From Candidatus Moraniibacteriota bacterium (GTDB lineage: Bacteria > Patescibacteriota > Minisyncoccia > Moranbacterales > DUUL01), in assembly GCA_041583775.1 (NCBI GenBank), contig JBFHFF010000004.1:66428-130427 (forward strand): DNA of 64,000 bases, in the 5' to 3' direction. The notes under the pieces were generated by a model. That model was not told the origin of the DNA and searched no databases. It saw only the letters and a program-made list of their open reading frames with translations. Within the stretch, counting starts at the first letter, position 1. Each line of letters begins with the position of its first letter. Positions 30,961-41,254 of the stretch are shown piece after piece. The position numbers and the translations under genes are program-made.

Positions 30961-31926
30961 ATGAAAAAAATTCCAAAATTAATTCTAGCCCCTATGGCTG
31001 GTATCAGCGATCTCCCATTTCGGATTATTTGTAAAGAACTTGGAGCTGATACTCTATATTCCGAAATGCTTTCCTCAACTGGTGTCCATTTCACACTACA
31101 GAAGAATCTTGTTTTTGTCAACTCTTGCAAACAAGATTCTCCGCTTATTGTCCAGCTTTTTGGGAACAATCCCAAATATTTTACCTCTGCAACAAAAATC
31201 ATTGACAAATTACCTAAAATTGAAGAGCTCGGAGGAAAAACTGCTCCTCGTCGACCAGAAGGAATTGATATTAACTTTGGTTGCCCCGTGAAAAAAGTAA
31301 TGAAACAAGATAGCGGTTGTGCACTTATGCGTGACCCGAAATATGCTAGGGAAATAATAAAATCAGTATTAGACAACACATCCCTTCCAGTTTCAATCAA
31401 AATTAGGGCTGGAATTGACAATGTTAACGCCTTTAATTTTCTCGAAGAAGTCGCTGACTTGAACTGGAAAACATTAATGGTTCACGGAAGAACCTATAAG
31501 GAAGGTTTTTCTGGTGAAATTGATTCTCAGATGATAAAGAAAATCAAAGAAAAATATCCTAAAAAAGAAATTATTGCTAATGGCGGTATTTTCACACCAG
31601 AAATCGCCAAGAGGGTTTTTGAAAAAACAAAAGCTGATGGACTTGGAATTGCTCGTGGTTGTCTTGGTAACCCTTGGTTATTTAAACAAATAAAAGAATA
31701 TTTCCAAACAGGAAAATATTCAAAGCCATCCTTAGAAGAAATAAAAAGAGTCGCGTTAAGACACTGCGAATTAATTGAAAAATATAAAGGGAAAGAAAAT
31801 GTTTTTGAAATGAGAAAACATTTAGGTTGGTACTTCAAAGGATTCCCAGACGCAAAAAATCTAAGAGCAAACCTTTTTGCTGTGAAAGATTTCGATGAAA
31901 TCAAGGATATTTTGGCTAAACTGTAA
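30961..31926 (+). CDS. dusB: tRNA-dihydrouridine synthase
   Basis: LAPMAGISDLPFR...GCP Dus family motifs. Confidence 0.85.
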   Translation: MKKIPKLILAPMAGISDLPFRIICKELGADTLYSEMLSSTGVHFTLQKNLVFVNSCKQDSPLIVQLFGNNPKYFTSATKIIDKLPKIEELGGKTAPRRPEGIDINFGCPVKKVMKQDSGCALMRDPKYAREIIKSVLDNTSLPVSIKIRAGIDNVNAFNFLEEVADLNWKTLMVHGRTYKEGFSGEIDSQMIKKIKEKYPKKEIIANGGIFTPEIAKRVFEKTKADGLGIARGCLGNPWLFKQIKEYFQTGKYSKPSLEEIKRVALRHCELIEKYKGKENVFEMRKHLGWYFKGFPDAKNLRANLFAVKDFDEIKDILAKL

Positions 31927-31954
31927 CAAAAGTATTCGTTAAAAATAATAATCT

Positions 31955-31992
31955 AAAAAACCCCGTTTATCGAAAAAGATATCGGGGTTTTT
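31955..31992. terminator. bidirectional intrinsic terminator between dusB and the lipoprotein gene
   Basis: aaccccg...cggggtt stem flanked by A6 and T5. Confidence 0.55.
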
Positions 31993-32011
31993 AGATTTTA
32001 TCTTTACAAAA

Positions 32012-32674
32012 CTACAAACCTTTTTGCATCTGCTCCATTTGTTTTTGAAGCTCTTCCATATTTTGAGTTTGATTCTCTAATCCTTCCATCATCTTGCAAG
32101 TATCGATAAATTGAATATCAGTTGGAATTTCAAAATCAATTTCATCAACCTCCTGACAATTCATCTTCAATTCATTTTCTTGCATCACGATATCATCGAC
32201 ACTTTCAAATTGATTTTCTCCTTGAGCAACCTCATCCTCTTGAGCATTTGTCTTTATATTTTCCAAACAACTTCTTGTCATTTTTGTTCCCTGGCTTCCA
32301 ACGCCTTTAGTCCAGGAATAATATACTTCCCCATCAAAAACTGAAATTGCTTCCATATCAGTGGCATTTGTCTCTGCTCTGAATTTAGCACCATCAATAT
32401 ATGTTGTCACATTTACTTCGCCGTTCCCTTCTTTCATTTGATATTCACATCTCACTTTTGCTCCTCTTCCTATCAAATCAGCAAGCCCACTTCTCTCCAT
32501 TGTTTGCATCATGGGTTCATCACCACTATTTTCCACTACATTTTTTATCTCACTTGTCTTTGAATCACCAGACAAATCCTGGTTGATATTTTCATCAGTT
32601 GCTTTTTTATCACAACCAGCCAAAGAAACGCAGAACAAGCCAGCGATTAAGAGCATTTGAATTTTTTTGCTCAT
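32012..32674 (-). CDS. lipoprotein, hypothetical
   Basis: Signal peptide with lipobox LAGC. Confidence 0.6.
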   Translation of the reverse strand: MSKKIQMLLIAGLFCVSLAGCDKKATDENINQDLSGDSKTSEIKNVVENSGDEPMMQTMERSGLADLIGRGAKVRCEYQMKEGNGEVNVTTYIDGAKFRAETNATDMEAISVFDGEVYYSWTKGVGSQGTKMTRSCLENIKTNAQEDEVAQGENQFESVDDIVMQENELKMNCQEVDEIDFEIPTDIQFIDTCKMMEGLENQTQNMEELQKQMEQMQKGL

Positions 32675-32708
32675 TTTTTTGATATTTAAAACTTAATATA
32701 ACAGACTA

Positions 32709-33338
32709 TTAAATTTCCTTTCTACCATCTAAGGCTCCCAATAAAGTCATTTCATCAGCATATTCAATGTCACCACCGGTTGGTAGTCCTCTCGCGATTC
32801 TGGTCACTTTTAAGTTCAATGGTCGCAAAATTCTTCCAAGATATAAAGAAGTTGTTTCGCCATCAGTTGTCGGGTTTGTTGCTATAATTATCTCTTTTAT
32901 CTTTTCTCTTTTAGCCCTTTCCACCAATTCATTGATTTTGAGTTTTTTGATTTCATCCGGACTCATAACACTCAGATTTCCTCCGAGCACATGATACAAA
33001 CCAAGGAAGCGACGGGTCTTTTCAAAAGCAATCACATCTAATGGCTCCTCCACAACACAAATAATACTTTCGTCTCTTTTTTTACTTTTGCAAATATAGC
33101 ATTCCCCTTCTTCTTCAGATATATTATAACATCTTGAGCAATAATGAACATTCGTTGCGAACTCGTGCAGTTCTCTCGCAAATTGTTTGATGCTTTCTGG
33201 GTTCTGTTTGAATAAATACAAAACTAATCTTTCGGCCATTTTTGGTCCAACAGAAGGAAGCGAAGAAAATTGATCGATTAATTTTTGGAAGGTTTTTGGA
33301 AACACTTTTTTAATTTTATTTTTAGTAACTAGACACAA
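32709..33338 (-). CDS. recR: recombination protein RecR
   Basis: C4 zinc finger CSRCYNISEEEGECYIC plus Toprim domain. Confidence 0.9.
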   Translation of the reverse strand: MCLVTKNKIKKVFPKTFQKLIDQFSSLPSVGPKMAERLVLYLFKQNPESIKQFARELHEFATNVHYCSRCYNISEEEGECYICKSKKRDESIICVVEEPLDVIAFEKTRRFLGLYHVLGGNLSVMSPDEIKKLKINELVERAKREKIKEIIIATNPTTDGETTSLYLGRILRPLNLKVTRIARGLPTGGDIEYADEMTLLGALDGRKEI

Positions 33339-33341
33339 ATT

Positions 33342-34733
33342 CTACTGTGTATGATGCTTGTCTAGTGTGTGAAACGAGGTTGACTCTTCATTAAAATACA
33401 AACTAACTTGCCCTGTGGGGCCATTTCTATGTTTTGCAATGTGGACTTCAATAATATTCTTATTTTCTGTATCAGGATTTTCTCGATCTTCACGATATAA
33501 AAACATCACAATATCAGCATCCTGCTCAATTGATCCTGATTCTCGCAAATCTGAAAGTTTAGGAATCTGAGGACTTCGAGACTCAACAGCACGAGAAAGC
33601 TGTGACAAAGCAACTATCGGAACATTAAGTTCTTTCGCAAGATTCTTTAATCCTCTTGAAATTTCTGAAATTTCATTTACTCGTGATTCCGACTTTCCGC
33701 GGCCCTCCATCAACTGCAAATAATCTATAATTAATAAATCTAAACCATGCTCTGCCTGCAAACGCCTAGCCATTGTTCTCATTTCCATTATATTAGCAGT
33801 AGCACTATCATCAATATGAATAGGAGCTTCAGACAAAATACCCATAGCCTCTCCTATTTTTTGAAAATCATCATCTTCTTCATCAAGATTTCCCGTCCTC
33901 AAGGCCCATAAATTAACTTTGGCTTCCGCACTCAACATCCTGTCCACCAACTGATCGGATGACATCTCCAAAGAAAAAACTCCAACAGAAGCTTTTGTTG
34001 CAACCGCAGCATGACGAGCAATCTGTAAAGCAAAAGAAGTTTTTCCAATAGCTGGTCGTGCAGCTAAAATAATTAGATCTGATTTTTGTAAACCTGAAAG
34101 AAGATTGTCAATATCACGCATCCCCGTTTCAACACCTCTAAATTTATCCTTATTTTTATGCATATCATCAATTCGCAAGAAAGCATTTTCAAGTAAAGAG
34201 TTTATTGAAGAAAATTCTTGCTTTGCAGAAGAACTTGAGATTGCAAAAAGTTTTTGTTGAGCGTTGTCCATAATCTCATCAATGGGACGAGACTCCTCAT
34301 ATCCCATCTCCACAACATCAGAAGCGGCTGAAATTAGATATCTTAACGAGGATTTATTTTTCACAAGCTTTGCATATGAAACAACATTTGAAGCACTTGG
34401 AACAGCATTAATAAGTTCTGTTAAATAAGTTCTTCCTCCTACAGTTTTCAATAAACTCTTTTCTTTTAGCCTCGATGAGATATTCAAAATATCCAAAGGC
34501 GATTGTTCATTATACAATTCCTGGATTACCTCAAAAACAATTTGATTTTTATCATTATAAAAATCACTTGGCTTGATAATGTCAGCTACTTTAACGATTG
34601 CATCTTTATCCAACATAATAGAGCCCAAAACAGACTCCTCCGCCTCATTGTTATGAGGTGGCATACGCAAACGATCTCGGTGAAGTGTTGTTACTTGCTT
34701 TTGTTTGTTTATAGTTTTTTCTGTTCTTTCCAT
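33342..34733 (-). CDS. dnaB: replicative DNA helicase
   Basis: DnaB N-domain, Walker A ARPAIGKTSFAL, 463 aa. Confidence 0.9.
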   Translation of the reverse strand: MERTEKTINKQKQVTTLHRDRLRMPPHNNEAEESVLGSIMLDKDAIVKVADIIKPSDFYNDKNQIVFEVIQELYNEQSPLDILNISSRLKEKSLLKTVGGRTYLTELINAVPSASNVVSYAKLVKNKSSLRYLISAASDVVEMGYEESRPIDEIMDNAQQKLFAISSSSAKQEFSSINSLLENAFLRIDDMHKNKDKFRGVETGMRDIDNLLSGLQKSDLIILAARPAIGKTSFALQIARHAAVATKASVGVFSLEMSSDQLVDRMLSAEAKVNLWALRTGNLDEEDDDFQKIGEAMGILSEAPIHIDDSATANIMEMRTMARRLQAEHGLDLLIIDYLQLMEGRGKSESRVNEISEISRGLKNLAKELNVPIVALSQLSRAVESRSPQIPKLSDLRESGSIEQDADIVMFLYREDRENPDTENKNIIEVHIAKHRNGPTGQVSLYFNEESTSFHTLDKHHTQ

Positions 34734-34821
34734 TTGTTTTAAGCTATCTTTCGTACTCGCAGTTTTACAGTATATCCAATCCCTCGACTTTTTACAAGCT
34801 AAGCTTTTAATGACTAATTAT

Positions 34822-35340
34822 TTAGCCTATTTTATTCAATCCTTTTATTTTTCGAGAATTTTGATGACAAATTGCAACTGCCAAAGCATCGGCTGCATCA
34901 TCTGGTTTTGGAATTTTTCTAAGCCTCAAAAACTGTTTGACCATCTGCTGAACCTGAGTCTTGTCTGCTTTCCCATACCCAGTAAGCGCCCGCTTTACTT
35001 GTAATGGCGTGTACTCGCCAATTGGTAGTTTTGCTCTTGCACATATCAAAAGCATCACTCCACGAGCCTGAGCTACCTTAATTGCCGTTGTGACATTATT
35101 ACAAAAAAATAAATCCTCTATTCCGACTTCATCTGGTTTATACTTCGCTATTATTGTTTCTAAATCATTAGCAATTTCTTTTAATCTTGCGACATTTTCC
35201 TTGTTTTTTGAAGTTTCAATTGCACCATAAGCAACCATTTCACAAATTCCATTTTTTTCAACAATCACACCCCATCCAGTCGTAGCTGTTCCCGGGTCGA
35301 TTCCTAGAATTGTTATTTCTTTTTTTTGTTTTAAATTCAT
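34822..35340 (-). CDS. ruvC: Holliday junction resolvase RuvC
   Basis: ILGIDPGTATTGWGV catalytic N-terminus. Confidence 0.85.
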   Translation of the reverse strand: MNLKQKKEITILGIDPGTATTGWGVIVEKNGICEMVAYGAIETSKNKENVARLKEIANDLETIIAKYKPDEVGIEDLFFCNNVTTAIKVAQARGVMLLICARAKLPIGEYTPLQVKRALTGYGKADKTQVQQMVKQFLRLRKIPKPDDAADALAVAICHQNSRKIKGLNKIG

Positions 35341-35351
35341 ACAAACTTTAT

Positions 35352-36068
35352 CTAATTTAAGTTGTCAAAAATATCAACCACATCGTCTTGTTCATCGAGA
35401 GCCATTAAAAGTTTTTCGTATTTTTCTTGAGTGCTCTCATCTATTTCAATTGTATCCTTTGGAACATAGCCAATTGAAACAGCGGCTATTTTCAACCCGG
35501 CCTTTTCGAAAGATTCTTGAACCTTTTGAAGCCTTGTAACCTCTGTATAAACAATCCACACATCTTCCTCTTCTTTATAGTCTTTCGCATCAGCTTCTAT
35601 AAAAAGCATTTCTAACTCCTCGTTATCCATCTGAGGTTTTTCAATTTCCAAAATTCCCACCTGCTCAAATTGCCAACTCACACTTCCCCCCTCAACCATT
35701 TTACCACCATTCTTATTTAAAGCATTACGGACTTCGGAAAGAGTTCTGTTTTTGTTATCAGTTGCTGTTTTTATAAGCATAGCAACTTGTCCTGGTCCAT
35801 AACCCTCATAAACCAACTCTTCAATAACAACACCGTCTTTATTTTCTCCCGTTCCAGCCTTAATTGCCCTTTCCATATTATCCTTTGGCATATTAGCATT
35901 TCGCGCACGATCCATTGCCATACGAAGTTTAAAATTCATATCCGGGTCACCACCCTCACGAGCTGCTATTGTAATATCTTTAGCAAGTTTCGTAAAAGCA
36001 TTGGACCGTTTTGCGTCCAAAGCTGCTTTTTTGTGTTTGATTGTCGACCATTTTGAATGTCCTGACAT
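35352..36068 (-). CDS. yebC: YebC/PmpR-family transcriptional regulator
   Basis: MSGHSKWSTIKHKKA conserved N-terminus. Confidence 0.9.
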   Translation of the reverse strand: MSGHSKWSTIKHKKAALDAKRSNAFTKLAKDITIAAREGGDPDMNFKLRMAMDRARNANMPKDNMERAIKAGTGENKDGVVIEELVYEGYGPGQVAMLIKTATDNKNRTLSEVRNALNKNGGKMVEGGSVSWQFEQVGILEIEKPQMDNEELEMLFIEADAKDYKEEEDVWIVYTEVTRLQKVQESFEKAGLKIAAVSIGYVPKDTIEIDESTQEKYEKLLMALDEQDDVVDIFDNLN

Positions 36069-36298
36069 ATATATTTAGCTTAAAATTGTTATTTAAAATT
36101 GTTTGTCATTATAACACCAAGAAAGGAGGTTGTCACTTCTCTCTTAGCCTCTTTTCACTTTTTATTTCAAACTTCATAAGAATGATATAGGAAATAGAAT
36201 AATCAGGTAATGAACAAAGAAATATTTCGTTAGCACTAAAACATTATCCCGACACCGATTGAGGCTACATTTATTATCTGCAATTGAATAAAACATTT

Positions 36299-38275
36299 CT
36301 AATCTCCTTCAACAATAGAACTCTCTAGAACTGCTTTTTCTAAAGTTTCTCCTTCTTTTTCAATCTCTCCCCTCTTTCTATCAAAATACCATTCATAGAT
36401 TTCTTTGGTGATTGGCACCGCCCAAGAATGACCCTCTCCTCCACCTTCTACTAAAACAATCATTGCCAACTCTGGATTTTCAAAAGGTGCAAATGAAGCA
36501 TACCATGAATGCAATTTTTTATCCGCTCCAAATTGTGCTGTTCCAGTTTTACCTGCAGTTTCAACATCCAAACTTCGCAAACTTGAACCAGAGCCACCAT
36601 CTGAAAAAACAGTATCTCTCATCCCTTGTCGAACTATTTCTATTGTTTCTTTTGAGACAACTTGTTCTTCAGTTATTTCTGGAGCTAAAATTTCCACTTC
36701 CCCAGTTTCCGCATGTATGATCTTATCAACTACTTTTGGCCTAATTGATTTGCCTCCATTTGCAATGATAGAAATCGAATGTACTACTTGCAAGGGCGTT
36801 GCTGTAACATATCCCTGTCCAATTGAAGCATGATAAGTATCCCCAATATACCATTTTTCTCCAAACCGTTTGAATTTCCAATCTCCACTTGGTACATTTC
36901 CCTTTTGCTCTCCTGGCAAATCAATTCCAGTAACTTCACCATATCCAAACATTTTAGCATAAATCTCCATTCTTTTTATACCAAGACCTCCAATATCTCC
37001 CCATCCGCCCGTTACTGTATAGAAGAAAACATCACAACTTTGAGCAATTGCTTTTCTCACATCTGTAATTCCGTGCGTTTTCCAATCCGGAAATGCCCAG
37101 GAACCTACATGAATTGATCCCGTACAATTGACTTGGGTTTTTTCTGTAATAACACCTTCTTCCAGTGCAGCGGCTGCCATCATAATCTTATAGGGAGATC
37201 CTGGCGGATATTCTCCTTTAATCGTTCTGTCTAAAAGAGGCTTGTTTTCGTTATTAATTAATTCTGAATATTCACTATTCGAAATTCCTCGCGCGAACAT
37301 ATTATTATCAAAACTCGGCAGACTCACCAAAGCCCTCACGCCTCCGGTTTGTGGATTAAGTGCTACTATAGCAATTCCAGTTGCATCTTTATTTTCCTCA
37401 AGTACTTTCTGGGCGATTGTGGTGATTTCTTTCTGCAATTTTGCATCAACATGTAAAATTAATTCATCTCCAGAAACTGGACTCACTTCTCCTAAATCTT
37501 CTTTAATATTTCCGACAGCATCAACCTCAAAACGCTGCATTCCATGAATCCCATGTAATTGTTCTTCATAGGTATACTCGACACCGCTTTTACCTACATA
37601 ATCAGTCATTACATAAGAAGAATTTTCTCTAAGCTCTTCCTCGGTAATTTTTCCATCATAACCAATTATTTTTGAAAAAATCTCCCCATCTACATATTCT
37701 CGTCTAGCTGTCTTCCCAATATAAATACCAGGAAACTCGGCTGATCTTTCAATAATCTCAAAGGCTTTCTCTTGTTCAATACTTTTCTGAATCAAATAAC
37801 TTCTCCTGTCTGTTTTTGGAACTTGTGTCATTTGCAAGAGAATCTCTTCTTGATCCAAATCACCCCCTAGAAGTTCCGCCAACCTTGCCACTAAATCTTT
37901 CCACGCATTCTCATCCTCTGGCAAATTCAAGGGCACAAAGACAACTTCAAAACTAGGAATATTTAACGCCAAAACTTCTCCATATTCATCACGAATAATT
38001 CCCCTTGGAGCCTTGACAACAACTTCCCTAACTCGATTATTTTCAGCAACCTCCTTATAATAAGGCCCTTTAGTAACTTGAAGAAAGAATGTCCTGGAGA
38101 ATAAAATTATAAGTAAAATAAAAATCGCTACCCAAAGTAACTTCTTATCGTTCTTAGTCGAGTCAACTTGCCTGTCATCATCTTCAAATCTAAAATCAGC
38201 ATCCTCAGAAACATATTCCAAAGGATTTTCTATATCAAAATCTCTATTTGTAAACCTTTTCTTATCGTTAAACAT
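36299..38275 (-). CDS. mrdA: penicillin-binding protein 2 (transpeptidase)
   Basis: PBP dimerisation and transpeptidase domains (SxxK, KTGTA); adjacent to mreBCD. Confidence 0.8.
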   Translation of the reverse strand: MFNDKKRFTNRDFDIENPLEYVSEDADFRFEDDDRQVDSTKNDKKLLWVAIFILLIILFSRTFFLQVTKGPYYKEVAENNRVREVVVKAPRGIIRDEYGEVLALNIPSFEVVFVPLNLPEDENAWKDLVARLAELLGGDLDQEEILLQMTQVPKTDRRSYLIQKSIEQEKAFEIIERSAEFPGIYIGKTARREYVDGEIFSKIIGYDGKITEEELRENSSYVMTDYVGKSGVEYTYEEQLHGIHGMQRFEVDAVGNIKEDLGEVSPVSGDELILHVDAKLQKEITTIAQKVLEENKDATGIAIVALNPQTGGVRALVSLPSFDNNMFARGISNSEYSELINNENKPLLDRTIKGEYPPGSPYKIMMAAAALEEGVITEKTQVNCTGSIHVGSWAFPDWKTHGITDVRKAIAQSCDVFFYTVTGGWGDIGGLGIKRMEIYAKMFGYGEVTGIDLPGEQKGNVPSGDWKFKRFGEKWYIGDTYHASIGQGYVTATPLQVVHSISIIANGGKSIRPKVVDKIIHAETGEVEILAPEITEEQVVSKETIEIVRQGMRDTVFSDGGSGSSLRSLDVETAGKTGTAQFGADKKLHSWYASFAPFENPELAMIVLVEGGGEGHSWAVPITKEIYEWYFDRKRGEIEKEGETLEKAVLESSIVEGD

Positions 38276-38808
38276 TACATTTTGTCTATTTTAATTTCCC
38301 TATTACCTATACCAAACACTCTTTCGATAAACATAATCAACTGATAAAATAATAATCCGACTATTGATGAAAATCCAGCTACTAAAAAATATTTAATTGA
38401 AAGATCAATAGTTAATATTTGGTCCGTTATCTTAATCCAAACAAGAAAAGTAGAAAAAAATAAGGAAAGAATGTCGGAAAAAATTACCCCCGCAAACACA
38501 ATTAGCGCAATAGTTAGAAAGTGCATCTCTTTTAAAGCAATTTTCTTTCTCAAAAGATCAATCAAAAAAACTAAAACTGAGAAGTTAATCACATAAAATC
38601 CAAGTGGTGCTTGAGAGAAATAATCCATCAAAAGTCCACCAAAAATCGCCCAACCTATACTCTCAATATAATTTCTGCGTAGAAACACAGTCAACAAAAA
38701 GCTCAACAATATTCCTGAATTTATCGTCTCAAACTTATCAATCATAGATAAAAAGGAATATTGCAGGAAAAATATCAATAAAATAAATAAAAAAATTGTT
38801 TTCTTCAT
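38275..38808 (-). CDS. mreD: rod shape-determining protein MreD
   Basis: Small polytopic membrane protein downstream of mreC. Confidence 0.6.
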   Translation of the reverse strand: MKKTIFLFILLIFFLQYSFLSMIDKFETINSGILLSFLLTVFLRRNYIESIGWAIFGGLLMDYFSQAPLGFYVINFSVLVFLIDLLRKKIALKEMHFLTIALIVFAGVIFSDILSLFFSTFLVWIKITDQILTIDLSIKYFLVAGFSSIVGLLFYQLIMFIERVFGIGNREIKIDKM

Positions 38809-38813
38809 TTGCT

Positions 38814-39623
38814 TTAGTTTTCTCCTCTTACAACCCAGACAGCTCTCAATTCGTCTGGTTGGAAAGGTAGAACTAGAGAAGTTTTTTGAAAAAGCTGGTC
38901 AGCCGTTGGTGTTGCCTCTTGTGTATAACCAATCAAAAATCCTCTTGGCAACAAACCCCCAACACCTGAAGTTATTACGGTATCTCCTTGCTCTATTTTT
39001 ACAGCCTGCGGAATCATATCCAGAACAATTGAAGTTCCAAATTGTCCCCTTGCAATTCCTTTTGTTTCAGCTTTAATAAGCTCAGCATTTATTTTTGAAT
39101 TCCTATTTATCAATAATTCTACATTACAAGATTTCTCGAAAACTTCTGAAACCTTCCCAACGAAAATTCCCTCCCCCACTATGACTGCCATTTGTTCTTT
39201 TATTCCATCCTTTCCTCCCTTATTTAAGTGAATCATTTCTCCTTGCTCCTTTAAATCTTTTCCAACAACAAGTGCACTAATTAGGGAATATTTTTCTCTT
39301 GGTGCTAAATCAATTTGATTTCGCAATTCTTCATTTTCATTTTCCATATCCTCCAATCTTGCGATATTGGCTTTCAAATTAATATTCTCTTCAAATAAGC
39401 TTTTATTTTCTTTTTTTAAATTACCAATCTCTACCACAAAAGAGAATTTATCATCAACCCACAAACCAACTCCTGAAAAAAACCCTGCAATAGGATTTGT
39501 AGCACTACGAACTGAACTTTCTAGTGGTTTTTTGTCTGATTTTCTACCAAAAAACATTATAATCATTGTAAGAAAAATGACTATAAATAAAATTGTTATA
39601 TTGCTTCTTTTCGACAATTTCAT
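38814..39623 (-). CDS. mreC: rod shape-determining protein MreC
   Basis: TM anchor, coiled coil, MreC beta-domain. Confidence 0.8.
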   Translation of the reverse strand: MKLSKRSNITILFIVIFLTMIIMFFGRKSDKKPLESSVRSATNPIAGFFSGVGLWVDDKFSFVVEIGNLKKENKSLFEENINLKANIARLEDMENENEELRNQIDLAPREKYSLISALVVGKDLKEQGEMIHLNKGGKDGIKEQMAVIVGEGIFVGKVSEVFEKSCNVELLINRNSKINAELIKAETKGIARGQFGTSIVLDMIPQAVKIEQGDTVITSGVGGLLPRGFLIGYTQEATPTADQLFQKTSLVLPFQPDELRAVWVVRGEN

Positions 39624-39655
39624 GTTGTTTTTTGCTTTTATCTATGACTCCTTAG

Positions 39656-40714
39656 TTACCAGAGTCGCTTATCATCACTAGACTCCATCAAAACGCCTCT
39701 TAGTTCATCTAAATTTTCCAACACCACTCCAGTGCCCCTAACAACAGCCGTCAAAGGATCCTCCATTCTCTTAACTGGCATTTCTGTTTGCTCTGCAATC
39801 AATCGGTCCAATCCTCGAATCAAACCTCCTCCTCCTGCCAAAATAATTCCTCTTTGCATAATATCTCCAACCAATTCTGGAGGAGTTTCTTCAATCGCAG
39901 ATTTAATGCTATTCACAATAATTTTAATAGATCTCGAAAGTGCCTCTCTTACCTGTGTATCGTTTATTATAACTTCTTTTGGTAAACCGCTAATCAAATC
40001 TCTACCACGAATTGCCATCTCAAGCTCATCTTCAATTTTATAAGCACTTCCAATTGCAATTTTAATATCTTCAGCGCTTCTTTCGCCCAAAAGTAAATTA
40101 TGTTTATCACGAGCAAAACGAATCACATCTTCATTCATCTCATCCCCAGCAACTCTCAAACTTCGACTAATTACAACACCTCCCAATGAAATAACTGCTA
40201 CCTCAGTTGTTCCACCTCCAATGTCTACAATCATATTTCCAGCTGCATCCTGCACTGGTAATCGTGCCCCAATTGAAGCAGCCATAGGCTCATCAATTAA
40301 AAAAGCCTCTCTAGCACCAGCACTAATTGTTGCATCAAAAACAGCTCTTTTTTCAACCTCCGTAACACCAGAAGGAATTCCAACAATAACTCTTGGCCTA
40401 GGCAAGAGAGTAAAGGTATCAGCGTGAATTTTTTGAATAAAATATTTCAACATCTGCTCTGTTGTTTCATAATCAGAAATAACTCCGTCGACTAAAGGTC
40501 GTGAAACAACAATGTGTCCTGGTGTTTTTCCGACCATTTTTCGAGCCTCTTTTCCAATTGCTAAAAGTTGACCAGTTCTTTTGTTTACAGCAACAACAGA
40601 GGGCTCGTTAATTACAATTCCCTTCCCCTTAACATAAACAAGGGTGTTTGCTGTTCCTAAATCTATTCCAATATCATGAGATATTCTCCCAAAAAGGTTA
40701 TTCCATAAATTCAT
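39656..40714 (-). CDS. mreB: actin-like rod shape-determining protein MreB
   Basis: IGIDLGTANTLVYV..., 352 aa. Confidence 0.95.
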   Translation of the reverse strand: MNLWNNLFGRISHDIGIDLGTANTLVYVKGKGIVINEPSVVAVNKRTGQLLAIGKEARKMVGKTPGHIVVSRPLVDGVISDYETTEQMLKYFIQKIHADTFTLLPRPRVIVGIPSGVTEVEKRAVFDATISAGAREAFLIDEPMAASIGARLPVQDAAGNMIVDIGGGTTEVAVISLGGVVISRSLRVAGDEMNEDVIRFARDKHNLLLGERSAEDIKIAIGSAYKIEDELEMAIRGRDLISGLPKEVIINDTQVREALSRSIKIIVNSIKSAIEETPPELVGDIMQRGIILAGGGGLIRGLDRLIAEQTEMPVKRMEDPLTAVVRGTGVVLENLDELRGVLMESSDDKRLW

Positions 40715-40762
40715 ATTCTTTTTTCGACTTTATATTATACTCACCGACCAAGTGACAAAAAC

Positions 40763-41254
40763 CTATAGCTTCTTTACAATCTTAAACCCCTGTCTTTGCC
40801 AATCCAAAAAACCAAGTTCTAAATTATAAATATTTGTATATCCTTTATCGGAAAGCTTTTGTGCTACAAAAGAACTCCTGCTTCCGCTCCTACAATATAA
40901 TGCAATTTTTTCACTTTTCTTAATTTTCAGCTCATCGAAAAACTCATCAAATCTTGTAGACGGAACTAATTTAGCGCCCTCGATATAACCAGCGTTAAAT
41001 TCATAACCCTCCCTAACATCAAGATTCCAAACACCTTTTTTTTCAATAAGTTCTTTATATTCTTCTGTTGATAATTGCTTTACCATATTTTTATTTTTTA
41101 AAGCACTTTTATTATCCCTCTCCTTATACTTCTCTTGCCCTAAGAAAGAAATTATAATTACAATCAAAACCAAACAAAATCCAGCCAATACTATTCTAAA
41201 ATTCATTTTTATTGATATATTTCGATAAAACTTCAAACAAACTTTCTTTGTCAA
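40763..41254 (-). CDS. rhodanese-domain sulfurtransferase (membrane-anchored)
   Basis: YCRSGSRS active-site Cys loop. Confidence 0.75.
   Translation of the reverse strand: MTKKVCLKFYRNISIKMNFRIVLAGFCLVLIVIIISFLGQEKYKERDNKSALKNKNMVKQLSTEEYKELIEKKGVWNLDVREGYEFNAGYIEGAKLVPSTRFDEFFDELKIKKSEKIALYCRSGSRSSFVAQKLSDKGYTNIYNLELGFLDWQRQGFKIVKKL

Noticed and set aside
30945-31421. N-terminal 159 aa of the 252-aa minus-strand ORF at 30663..31421
   Set aside because: This part overlaps dusB on the opposite strand. A perfect SD and ATG at 30944 define a 93-aa gene instead.
41196-41254. 59-nt overlap between the proS 3' end and the rhodanese 5' end
   Set aside because: This is most likely a start-site artefact, because the rhodanese has internal Met alternatives. 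It was not treated as unusual.
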